From IMG/VR virus record IMGVR_UViG_3300043395_000560, positions 1 through 61,729 of that record: a stretch of 61,729 nucleotides of DNA; one strand, 5' to 3'. Made by a program: the position numbers and the translations under genes. Positions 16,801 to 26,200 of this stretch are shown in pieces. Numbering within the stretch: position 1 is the first letter of the stretch; each line of letters begins with the position of its first letter. The notes beneath the pieces are model-generated. The model was not told the origin of the DNA, searched no databases, and saw only the letters and a list, made by a program, of their open reading frames with translations. Origin of the DNA: a virus (Duplodnaviria; Caudoviricetes).

Positions 16801-19800
16801 TTAATGTCACTCAGGAACCGCTGCATGTCCTCGTCAGCGATACCCCATGCCAGCAATTCATCTGGCGATTCCAGCGCGTTGATCTCTCTGCCGTAGACCT
16901 TTTCCATGAACGGCGTTAGTCGGCCAGCGCGAACCTCGGCATTGAAGTGGCGCACAACCTGATTGAAGAGATCGTTTAGCTCTTTGACGATTGGATCTGA
17001 TGACTTTAGTACGCTGATTTGCCCGACCGTAGCAACGTGCAGCAACTCATGCAGGACAGTGATGTACCGCATGCCGGGCGGATAACCATTCTGATTATCC
17101 AAGACAGCAGCACCGTTCAGCGTCATACGAAATACTGGCTGCTTGCCTTCTCCGGCTTTGCCAAAGTCAAAGTCAACTACGCCGCGTGCGTTACGCATCA
17201 TGAATGGGCGATTGTCACCAGAGGCAATCTTGAATTCCATCTTGATGCCGCGCCGAGACATCCCGTTCAGGCGATTAAATACCTTCTGTGCCAAAGCTTG
17301 GGCAAACTTGTTGGGCGCATTGTCTATCGCCCAGCGAGCGACACCCAGCATGTCTTTGCCGGTCAGCTCTTTTTCTATGCGCTCATGCTCTTTGTTTTTG
17401 TTGATGACAAAGGCTTCGCGTTCTTCTGCGCGTTTAGGTTTTTTATCAGTATATAAATTATCAACCCCATTTACTGATAAAGATGCAAGCCTTTGCAAAG
17501 CAACGCTTGGCTTCTCAAGCGTCTCTAATTGAGCATAAAGTTTTTTGAAGGTTCTAGTTAAATTAGCCTTGTCAGAAGGTATTCCTTCAGAGGACATGAC
17601 ATTCGGGCGTTTGCTTGCCTCATCATATTTTCTGTAAAGCTCAACCATTTGCGGCGTTATGCCAACATCTGCAAGCTCGGGTATTACTTCACGAGCTTCT
17701 TTCTCCGCCAACCGCCCGCGCACCTCTTCCTGATCCGGAAAGTACTCTTCCTGTTCTTCAGGAATGTTTGCCACTTCTTCCGGCGCACCTTGGAACCCAG
17801 CCTCTGCCGCCAGTGCAGCAGCCTCTTGCTGACGTTCTTCTGCCGTCATCTGCGGCAGTTCTTTTATCGCCTTCTTCGCCGCCTCTAGCTGTTTGATACG
17901 CTCGTCTATCCGGCTTACTTCTTCGCCCAATAGGCGCTGCTGATTCTGCGCGTCGTACACACGGAATTCACCCTGACGTAGCTGCTCTTTGATGTACTCA
18001 GTAGCATCCTTCTCGTCGAACGTCTCAGACTCTGTTCGCATATTTGGCGGCAGCCAAGCATCCAGCTTGCCGTCGGCCACCATGTCCGCCAGCTCCAGCG
18101 CGACAACGTTTTTGGGCGCCAGATATTTTTTGGCAAAAGATTTCTCTGGGTTGATGTCAATCACATCATCCCGCGTCAGTTTGTTCTTTAAGAAAGTGCC
18201 TAGGTTATATTCCTCACCTCGCGCAGTTCCTAGCTTGCTGGCTTCTTTGGACTTGGCCAGAGATTCTTTCTTTAGTTCTGCAAGTTCTTTGGCTACGTCT
18301 TTCTCTGTGCCGGCAATTTCTTTTTCCAGCGCCGCTTGTTCTGCTGCCTTTGGCGGTTTCTTTTCCCGCAAGTCAGCCATGACGGCATCCATCACTTCAT
18401 CTATCCTGTCTGCCGACAGCGCGCCCGACTCCATCTGCCGACGTAGCTCTACCAACTCAGGACGCACAGGCTGTTGCGCCCGGCGCATCTGATCCATCAG
18501 CAGGTCCATCTTGTATGCCTGCAACTCACGGATCCGCTCCCTGACTTCTGGCGTCTGCCGCTCGCCCTTCAGCGCTGCTATCTCTTGCGTAGCCGTGGCA
18601 AAACTCAGCGGACGCTCCTCTTCAGCAACAGGAGGAACTGGCGCTTCGGGTGGCAGCGTTGCCACCGGCTGCGGTTCATACTTCTTGCGGAACTGTTCTT
18701 CCTCGTAGCGCGCCAGATCCTCACGGGTCATAGCCACCGTGCCATCAGGCAGACCAACAGGACGGAATACGCCCTTGTCTTCCAGCAATAGCGGAGGACC
18801 AGCTTCTGGCTCCGGCTCTGGTGTTGCGGCAAACTGTGATGGGATGGTGGTTGCTGGAGGCACTGCTTCTCTGGGCGCCTGACGCTGTAACAGACCTGCC
18901 GCACCGCCTAGTCCAGCACCGCCTAGCGCGGCCATGGCAGCTGTCTCTCCCAACCCTGCTGTCAGAGATGTCTCCGGCGCCACCTGCGCCATAGCAAGGT
19001 TCTGGAGGAATCTAGCCGGTGTCTCTTCTGCCACCTCACTGACAGCCTCGCCAGCAGCAGCTTTAGCACCGCCGAGGATGCGACCAAGCTCACCTTTCTT
19101 GCCGGCAAATGCTTCTTCCAGCGCTCTTGCACCTGGCAGTCGCTGTGAAAGTATCGATAATCCTGTGGCTCCAACACCATTCAGACGCGCCAATCCCAGC
19201 GCCTGACCAGCCGCTTCTGTTTCGGATACGCCCTTCTTGATGAGTTCTTTGTAGACCTGCTCGTACGTGCCTGCCGCAATGTCTGCGCCCTGCTGGACTG
19301 CGCCTGTACCCACAGCAGCCCTGACCGCAGCTGTTGTGCCGGCCAGCGGGGCAACCAGTCTGGCAGCACCCAAGGATGGGAGCAGCTGTGGCGCTTGCTC
19401 TGCTAGAAAACTTGTCAGCAGGGCAGGATCTCTAAGGGTTTCCGAGAATGCGGTGAAGAAAGCATCCAGCTGCCCCTTCTTCTCAGCCTCTGCAACCTTG
19501 GCCGCACGGGCAGCCTCGCGGGCTTTCAGCCCCGGCGACTTCATAGCCTCTGCTTCTGTGCGGAGTTCTTTGCCGACAGCAGCTAAGCCAGTCTCTTCAC
19601 CCGGCTTCTCATACTCACCACCGACCACGCCCGTAATTTGAGATGGCAGTTGGAGTAGTGATCCAAACCCACCTTTCAATCCTGCATAGATGTCAGTAGC
19701 CGCCTCCCCGAACGTACGCTCAGCAGGCTTGCGCTGTGCCGCAGGAAGGATCTCATTCTCGATGACCCGCGTTATATCTTCCGGTGACATCCCATCCGGA

Positions 19801-19841
19801 AAGTTGACAATACCAACTCCAGAGACGTTTACGCTGGGCAT
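13821..19841 (-). CDS. Large polyvalent/internal virion (ejection) protein with zincin HExxH and C-terminal LPD38-like domain
   Basis: 2006 aa; last gene of the virion block; VLHELLH; NFWWFRLPG...IRIPKPFEIG LPD38-like signature. Confidence 0.75.
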   Translation of the reverse strand: MPSVNVSGVGIVNFPDGMSPEDITRVIENEILPAAQRKPAERTFGEAATDIYAGLKGGFGSLLQLPSQITGVVGGEYEKPGEETGLAAVGKELRTEAEAMKSPGLKAREAARAAKVAEAEKKGQLDAFFTAFSETLRDPALLTSFLAEQAPQLLPSLGAARLVAPLAGTTAAVRAAVGTGAVQQGADIAAGTYEQVYKELIKKGVSETEAAGQALGLARLNGVGATGLSILSQRLPGARALEEAFAGKKGELGRILGGAKAAAGEAVSEVAEETPARFLQNLAMAQVAPETSLTAGLGETAAMAALGGAGLGGAAGLLQRQAPREAVPPATTIPSQFAATPEPEPEAGPPLLLEDKGVFRPVGLPDGTVAMTREDLARYEEEQFRKKYEPQPVATLPPEAPVPPVAEEERPLSFATATQEIAALKGERQTPEVRERIRELQAYKMDLLMDQMRRAQQPVRPELVELRRQMESGALSADRIDEVMDAVMADLREKKPPKAAEQAALEKEIAGTEKDVAKELAELKKESLAKSKEASKLGTARGEEYNLGTFLKNKLTRDDVIDINPEKSFAKKYLAPKNVVALELADMVADGKLDAWLPPNMRTESETFDEKDATEYIKEQLRQGEFRVYDAQNQQRLLGEEVSRIDERIKQLEAAKKAIKELPQMTAEERQQEAAALAAEAGFQGAPEEVANIPEEQEEYFPDQEEVRGRLAEKEAREVIPELADVGITPQMVELYRKYDEASKRPNVMSSEGIPSDKANLTRTFKKLYAQLETLEKPSVALQRLASLSVNGVDNLYTDKKPKRAEEREAFVINKNKEHERIEKELTGKDMLGVARWAIDNAPNKFAQALAQKVFNRLNGMSRRGIKMEFKIASGDNRPFMMRNARGVVDFDFGKAGEGKQPVFRMTLNGAAVLDNQNGYPPGMRYITVLHELLHVATVGQISVLKSSDPIVKELNDLFNQVVRHFNAEVRAGRLTPFMEKVYGREINALESPDELLAWGIADEDMQRFLSDIKVGEKTIMDKLVELIRKILNVTKPYLTALDQLVRTTESILDEDVNVVGDKIISRQYSFGVKPGGQPVQGTLFEKAGPSLVSKAAKKVAEKIEGVGKKPGLTPEQGFGHVDPNYLEKLKPFFAPEGKTFADKMETYKDRTFQRLAQGIADQYRTIKDYSPLAYIKARMSKTVDGALEGLTFYGQVKLTDGALDIKPDTKGLIKTLEPIGNEVNSFLIWLALNRDAALVERGRIASISPEIVEERNKLATGKIGDKSRLEVYEDIRKELNKLNKSVLDVALQQGLIDKKSYDTFLKDVYYIPFYKMVEEGEVADIRTASGLANKYFSKALKGGEKPFGDLMENLLRNWNHILSSSMKNDAAVETIKAATEAGAAYPNLKVQFQWKDGQVYSRKSGKPIPAGEVDNIKYAEGELRPGLYSSDGKGLVKVMMNGYPAYYEVIDPLLVESIMSIGYMGPKSKFLDMARDFKNILQYGVTLSPAFKVRNLIRDSVQSAAISPIGLNIGKNVTEGLAASKKGNPDYISALAGGAIFNFGSYMEGDQARQVKRLIKQGVNPDNILNTEAKIKNGLKKMYDAYQELGNRSEAANRMALYKQLRAKGLSHLEASFQARDLLDFSMQGAWPAVRLVTQVIPFLNARIQGLYKLGRDGIIPTSRVLYNSVTGKPLDLTDKQKAQQFSIVTGATVLASLMLYMAFKDDDEFKKREQWDRDNFWWFRLPGMEAAIRIPKPFEIGAMGTFAERIAEQMFDEGAEGRVFEQSMKRMLTDTFAINPIPQMIKPLVDLYANKDSFTGAPIETAGMERLSKAERVAVNTSPLAKALSQVANVFLPEATEVSPVQTDYAIKAYLGWMGATISATSHYAVMPFSKSAYPDHNWTDTMSLGFVRTLPANQSGYVTSFYENMKTIEQAYADMRHYAELGQAEKVQQILEEKGDKIQLAKFYDKTSKDMAKVRQAIQVIQRDETMDGAQKREEIDRLKQLIGDLAKQAEDVRKSLRQ

Positions 19842-19849
19842 GTTTATTC

Positions 19850-21751
19850 CTATTGAGTAGGCACTAGACCTTTGCCTGGTACGTAATTATACGTAGCGCC
19901 ACCACCGCTGCTAGCGCCAGCTATGCGTTGAGCTTCCTGCATTTGCTCGCTGGGCGTCTTGCCCATAAATTGAGTATTGCGCTGCACAGCCTCAAGTGCT
20001 TGATTAAGTGTCAGGCCGCCAGTTTTTGCAACGCCTTGGGCCATCATAAAGATATCAACCGGACTCTTGCCGCTTTCTTTAGCAATCCGCTCAATCAACT
20101 TGTACTGCGGTGGGTTTTCATTTTTGATTAAATCAACATTAAACTCAGCCGCTTTTGCCAAGGCAGTCAGTTCTAGCTTGGCGTTCTCAAGACGAATGTT
20201 GTCGATCTTTTCTTGCTGCTTTTGCATTTTAGCAAGCGCCGAATCTGCACGGGTGCGTTTGTACTGATCTTCGGCAACTGTAAGCTCACGCAAATATTGA
20301 TCTAGTTTGTCATCTTGCTCAGCCAGCTTGTCCATTGTAGACATGTACATCATCAAAGATTTCTGACCAGCCCTACTTGCCGTGGCAGCTTCCTCTCCCT
20401 TCCGTGCGCCAAAAACCTCTATGCCAAACATTATCAATGCGTGACCAGCAGCCTTGTCTGCACGATCTTTAAACTTACCGCGCCGAGCTTCAGAATCTTG
20501 GCGAATCTGAGCAAACAGATCTTTATTTACGCCCGCCTTTTCGTAAGCCCTATCTTGCTCTTCTAACGCTTTATCCAGTGTTAATGCTTCCGGTTCTTGG
20601 ATGCCAATGTTGCGCAAGGCCGCAAACATATCTGGCTTAGGCGGGCCTACCTCTGCCTTCTCTACTTTCGGAACTTCCTTCTCTGCTGCTTTAGGCACAG
20701 GCGCTACAGGCGCAGGAGCGGCTTCAGGTTTTTTCGTGGGCGGAGCAATAGGCGGCAACTTGTCAATACCTTCTATTTGCTGGCGTAAACGAGCGGCTTC
20801 AGCGGCCTGCTCATCTGTCATAGGCTTCTGTTCAAAAAAACCGCCTTCTAGTTGTCGCAACTCTTTTTGTTTTGCCTGACGCTCTAATGCCCGAGCAGCA
20901 GATTCCTCTGATGCTTTTTTAAGCTCAGGGGTAATTTTTTGCGGACCAAGGCCGTAGTCCTCCATCACTTGCTGTTCCATCAGGCGCTCAGTAGAAGACT
21001 TGGGTCTTGTTGATTTAGCTGGAGAAATAGGTGGCAGCGTAGATGGTTCTGCCGCAGCTGCTGAAGGCAACGGGATTTGATCTACCAAACTTCTTGCCGC
21101 TGGTCCTGCCCTCAAACTACGCATAGTAGATTGCAGTTCAGCAATATCTTTCTGAATGCGAACTTTGTCTAAGCCTTCTGCTTGACGTTCTGCCGCAGTC
21201 AGCTGTGCCAGCTGTTCTGCAAGGATGGCAAACTTGTCATCGGGAGTGTAGTTGCGCTTAAATGATTTGCTGCTTGCCCAGTTGGGATCAACAACATCAA
21301 TAATCCCTGCGCCGCCGCCACCTGCATAACCAACAACGCCGCCGTCAGCGTAATCGTCTATATCCCCACCGTCTGCAAACGCAACTATCCCGCCGCCCGC
21401 CATTTCTTCTGGTAAGCCCGAAGGTAGTGCTGCTATGCCTGTTGGTTGCCTGCTACTAGAAGGGATTACGTTGCCAAATCGATCTCGCTCAACGCCAGTG
21501 CGAATAGCTTGCCCAGAACCAGAAGTAACTGCGTTACCAAAACGGTCACGCAAAACATTGGCGCCCATAACCTCGTCTGCCACGGTCTGCTGCGGTGGCT
21601 GCATGTTCTGCTTCTGGATGCGGTCGATCATCATCCCGGCCATCACAGCCTTGGTCGGGTCTATCAAACCCATCTGCGCCATCTTCTGCAACTGCGGCTT
21701 GCTGTACTTTGTTGCCAGTGACTGTATCTCTTGGATGCCGGGGATAGCCAT
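19850..21751 (-). CDS. Internal virion/ejection protein
   Basis: 633 aa, helical and charged; position; GG motifs (MAGGG, FADGG, YADGG, YAGGG). Confidence 0.6.
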   Translation of the reverse strand: MAIPGIQEIQSLATKYSKPQLQKMAQMGLIDPTKAVMAGMMIDRIQKQNMQPPQQTVADEVMGANVLRDRFGNAVTSGSGQAIRTGVERDRFGNVIPSSSRQPTGIAALPSGLPEEMAGGGIVAFADGGDIDDYADGGVVGYAGGGGAGIIDVVDPNWASSKSFKRNYTPDDKFAILAEQLAQLTAAERQAEGLDKVRIQKDIAELQSTMRSLRAGPAARSLVDQIPLPSAAAAEPSTLPPISPAKSTRPKSSTERLMEQQVMEDYGLGPQKITPELKKASEESAARALERQAKQKELRQLEGGFFEQKPMTDEQAAEAARLRQQIEGIDKLPPIAPPTKKPEAAPAPVAPVPKAAEKEVPKVEKAEVGPPKPDMFAALRNIGIQEPEALTLDKALEEQDRAYEKAGVNKDLFAQIRQDSEARRGKFKDRADKAAGHALIMFGIEVFGARKGEEAATASRAGQKSLMMYMSTMDKLAEQDDKLDQYLRELTVAEDQYKRTRADSALAKMQKQQEKIDNIRLENAKLELTALAKAAEFNVDLIKNENPPQYKLIERIAKESGKSPVDIFMMAQGVAKTGGLTLNQALEAVQRNTQFMGKTPSEQMQEAQRIAGASSGGGATYNYVPGKGLVPTQ

Positions 21752-21754
21752 TTC

Positions 21755-22804
21755 TTACCTCGTCATGTTGTATAGCGCCAAGTCTGTCAGACCACCCTTG
21801 GCAAACGGCAATGGAATGCCAGCCATTTTGCTGCCTGCATAAATACTTGCCAAGCTTCCTAACTGTGCCATAGGAGACGCTGGTGCTTTGTAAATACTTT
21901 CCGTACTGGTCATCGGCATACCGCGCGCCATCTCCATGAGATATTGCGCCTGCTGGTACGGGAATTTTTTCTGCATCAAGAAGTCTTGGTAATCCTGCTC
22001 CAACTTCTTCTGTTGCAACGCCTGACGCTCTGCACCCGCCGCCGCCTGCAAACCAATAATGTCTTTGGCCTGACCAAACTGCGTCTGACCTAACTGACCT
22101 AACTGTTGCGCACCCTGCAACGCGGTCTGCATACCTAACTGAGAAGCCTGCAAACGACGTGCTTGTTCTGTTTGGAACTGCTGTGCTGCCTGCTCATAAG
22201 CAGCCTGAGATCCCCGTGCCTGTATGTCGCCCATCTGCTGCATCAAGTTGCGGTTGGCTTCTGCTTCCATGATAGCTTGCCGGGATCCGCCGTATGCGCC
22301 TGCCCGTGATGCTTGGAAACCACGCTGCGTACGATCAATAGCCGCCTGCCGCGCTGCCTCACGCTTGCCAATATCCACCACGTTCTGCATGTAAGGCGAC
22401 ATATAAGAAGCCGCCATACCGGGCGCTGTGAATGATGGGCCAGCAAGTAAAGATGGGTTGTACGCCCCCGCCAATCCTGCCTGCGCTGCGCCTCCTGCAA
22501 ACTGCGCCGCCGGATTTACATACGGAGAAACCGCAAGGTTTGCTGTTGCCTGCTGCGCTTGCAGCTGCATAGGATCAAAGGCAGCTATACGTTGATACTG
22601 ATACGGCTGATAAGGCTGTTGTGCCAGCGCCGCAGCACCACCCAGAACACCAGAAACTATTGGTTGAACCTCTGGAGCATACGAAAGCGATGTCTGCGTG
22701 ACCGCACTGGGAGTGCTAGAAACATCGCCGCTGCTGCCGCCATCGCAGTTATACAGACGAATACCATCGGCAGAATAGCCGTTAAATTTGTTTGGTATTA
22801 GCAT
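21755..22804 (-). CDS. Internal virion/DNA transfer (pilot-like) protein
   Basis: Q/A/G-rich; YMSPYMQNVVD and AGAYGGSRQA motifs typical of podophage ejection proteins. Confidence 0.7.
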   Translation of the reverse strand: MLIPNKFNGYSADGIRLYNCDGGSSGDVSSTPSAVTQTSLSYAPEVQPIVSGVLGGAAALAQQPYQPYQYQRIAAFDPMQLQAQQATANLAVSPYVNPAAQFAGGAAQAGLAGAYNPSLLAGPSFTAPGMAASYMSPYMQNVVDIGKREAARQAAIDRTQRGFQASRAGAYGGSRQAIMEAEANRNLMQQMGDIQARGSQAAYEQAAQQFQTEQARRLQASQLGMQTALQGAQQLGQLGQTQFGQAKDIIGLQAAAGAERQALQQKKLEQDYQDFLMQKKFPYQQAQYLMEMARGMPMTSTESIYKAPASPMAQLGSLASIYAGSKMAGIPLPFAKGGLTDLALYNMTR

Positions 22805-23291
22805 CTCTTGCCTCGCATTCTTTTTTCAAATTTCCCAAGTACTGGTCAAAAGTTTCTTCATGCGCCCATCGACGAATAGCTGGGCCTATTTTGTTTGCCC
22901 ACTCCATCCCGCCAACAATAAACGCAGAAGCAGACAAGAGATCGATATATGCACCACGCAAAATAAACGCTATCGACCTGTCTTTCTCATCACCCTCACG
23001 TTCCAACTTGTTTGCTATATGCCAATTGATGATGGCATTAACTAACGTACTGTGTAACAACACTATGTTTTTTGTATAAAAAGGATCTGTAGGTAATACG
23101 ACCAGCAAATCCCAAAACACAGAGTTTATTTCATCGTCTGTTATTGGTTTGTCTCTATCAACCAAATCATCCCAAACGTGTAACGCCCTAAATACCCGCA
23201 CTACAAACTGGATTGCCTCGGCATTGTTTAATAAAAAATCTCCAAACAACGGCACATACTTATCTAGCCGATTAAATTCTGGCGTATTCAT
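22782..23291 (-). CDS. DDxxD-motif protein, isoprenoid synthase/prenyltransferase-like
   Basis: Helical 169 aa with HVWDDLVDRD; overlaps both neighbours. Confidence 0.55.
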   Translation of the reverse strand: MNTPEFNRLDKYVPLFGDFLLNNAEAIQFVVRVFRALHVWDDLVDRDKPITDDEINSVFWDLLVVLPTDPFYTKNIVLLHSTLVNAIINWHIANKLEREGDEKDRSIAFILRGAYIDLLSASAFIVGGMEWANKIGPAIRRWAHEETFDQYLGNLKKECEARDANTKQI

Positions 23292-26200
23292 GCAGGTAGA
23301 TATTTCTCCGATTTAGTGTTGGCTGCAACCTTACCTTTGCCCACCGACTTCTTACGTGCGCTCTGAATTCTTTCCATCATTGCGTACAGCTTGCGGGCGC
23401 CGGCATCTGTAGATCCGTTGCCAAGCTCTGACACAATACGGGCAGGAATCACAAACTCACCATCAGCAAGACGAGCAGGCTGGCGGTCGCCAATGACAGC
23501 AGGGATAGAATCAGATACTCCATCTCCAGGTCCTTTCAGTAATCTGCCGCCATCTGAGTAACCACCAAGGCTGGACAATCCGGTTAACCCACCGTATGCC
23601 ATCCTGACAGTCTCGCCAGCTTTCTTGGCTTGATCTAAGAACTTGTTTATTTCTACATCATCGATCTGGTTGTCGTTACCAAACCCTGCGGTATTGATCC
23701 AATAGTCAAACCCTGCCATGTCTGGCGCGCGGCCTAGCTTTTGCTCATACAGGTTGTACAACTGCTCTCTCGCTCTGTTGTTATCTATGCCAGCAGGATA
23801 CTTTGAGCTTTGACTACCGGGAATTGTGCCGTACAAGAACGGTGCTTTTGCGTTTAGCGCATCTGCCTCTGCTTGTGTCATGCGACTGCCCATCTGGTTT
23901 GGATCAAACCGACGATAGCCAGCATTTGCCATGTCAATTTCTTTTCTCAGACCGGCAGCAATTTGTTCCCTAACGGGTTCAATGCCACCAGCGCGCCCGA
24001 TCTGGCTCATCCAGTACTCGCGTCCGGGAATGTCCGTGTCACGGCCACCAATCTCTTTGTACAAATCTTCTAGCGCTTTACGTTGTGACAACTCGGGTTG
24101 CGCATTCTTGAGGAAGAAGTCTTTTTCCGCATTACTAATCTCATTGTCTGCGCCTATGGTGTTCATGTAATAGTCAAACCCTGCCTTATCAGGTACGCGT
24201 TTGAACGTATTCATATACAACTCAACCAAGTCTGCGCGCGCCCGCTCGTTTGGACCAGTCTGGAACTGTTTGATTAGCGCATTGTCTTCCGGCGAGTTGT
24301 CAAAATAGTTGTACTTGTACGCGTTAGGATCTTGAGATATAGGCGTAGGCGCTGGGGCAGGCGCCGGAGTAGGCGCCGGAGTAGGCGCTGGAGTTGGTGC
24401 AGGCGCCGGAGCTGGTGGAGGAACTTGTCCGCCTGGCGTTGGTGCAGGAACTTGCCCACCTGGTGTTGGCGTAGGAACTTGCCCGCCTGGCGTAGGCGTA
24501 GGCGTTTGGCCGCCGGGTGTCGGAGTAGTTGGCCGAGTTAACGGTGTCGTAAATGCTGGCGGCACATACGGCACATTAGGCATAGGATAACCATATTGCA
24601 TCGGGTTATACGTTGGTGCTCCCTCAATAGTTGCACGACCATACTCGTCATAAGCAACACGAGGAACAAGCGGCTTAGCCAAATTAGTGAAGAACTCCGG
24701 CGAGTACTGGAGTGTTCTTTCCAGCTCTGATGGCGTCAGGCGACTTGTTCTTGCGTAATACTCCAGTCCCGGCAGATCCACCTGCCGACCCAACACGCGC
24801 TCGTAAACATCAGCAACTTGGCTAGGCGTTGCTAACCCTTGTGCGCCAACATTAGGAGCCTGAGAAAAACTTCCCGTAGCCGGGTTAAAGTCAAATTTAA
24901 AATCTTTGAACGGCGACAGCGCCGCTGATTCGGCAGCTGTTGTAGTTTGCTGCGTACCTGAATAACCAAAAGGATCTGGGATTCCACCAGTTGTTGGCGC
25001 AGACTGCACGACAGATGAAGTCTTAGGCATTGGAGCGCCTGCTGCACTTTGTTGTGTGGCAGATGTTTGAGTTGTGGTTGCTTTGGGAGCAGAAGATGTT
25101 TGAGTTGTTGTTGTTTTAGGGGCAGCAGAACCAGCTGCTTGCGCCTGCGCATACTCTCCAATAGGAGCTACTGGCGCTACAGAAATACCTTTGCTTTGTA
25201 AGTAAGAGCGTAACTGTGGATCAGTATTGGCAATCTGCTGCAAAAATGGGGTTGCTTTAGCAAAGTCATATCCCGGCGCAGTTGGAACCAATTGAACAGT
25301 TTCTGTTGGGCTTATCCTAACTTCATGAGACCCCGTAATACCGGCAGCGGGTACATAAGAAGAACGTGGGCCTGATGCCACTATTGCATCTGCCGCCCTC
25401 ATGGTTTCCGCAGCAGCAGCAATTCTTGCGCCAGCATCCGGCACACCACTCCAATAACTTACTTGTGACGCAGTTGGCGCACCAAGTCCAGCTGCTTGAA
25501 ACGCAGCTGCTACACCGCCACTAGAAGACCCGCCAGAAGAATCTCCAGAAGAACCCCCAGCGGAACCACCAGAAGAACTAGCAGAAGGCCCCACGCTTGC
25601 GGCAGACGAAGGCCCTGCCACGCTTAAAGCGGGTGCGGCAGAACTGCTCCCATAACCAAAAGCATCCGGTATGCCGCCCGATGCAAATCTTTGCTCACCC
25701 GTGTACGGATCTATGTTTGCCTCACCCTGCGGACGAATGACATTTTCAGATATCGGACGCTGCGCTGCGGTTGCGTACGATGATGTCATCTGATTTGCCA
25801 TAGGGTATCTGGTGTTTGCCCCTATAGCGTTTTGACGTGACATCTGCTCAATTACGCCGCCCTCGGCCAACGCCATCAGCCCACCGCTTTTGGCATAGTA
25901 CTGCCCCGTTGGTTCAAAGCGCGCATTAGGGAAGTAATTGCGCTCAGCAGTACCCACCGCACCCATAGGCATGTCATACGCATACCGCGTAATTTCTATA
26001 GGCTTGCCCTTCTTTTCTTCCGGCGCCCTGCGATCTCCTTGCATGCCAGAAGATATTGATGAAGCAACGCTTGCCAAAGCATACGGATTTTCTTTTACAA
26101 AATTCCACATGCTTCCGGGAGTTTGAGTGACGCTCTTTAACCCTTCCAGCACAGCAGGCCCCCTGCTAGCTGTTTGCGCTATTGAAGGCGCTGCACCTGT

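Noticed and set aside
24340-24540. Tandem DNA repeats as a non-coding element
   Set aside because: Explained by Pro/Thr/Ala linker coding in the 23288-26857 gene.
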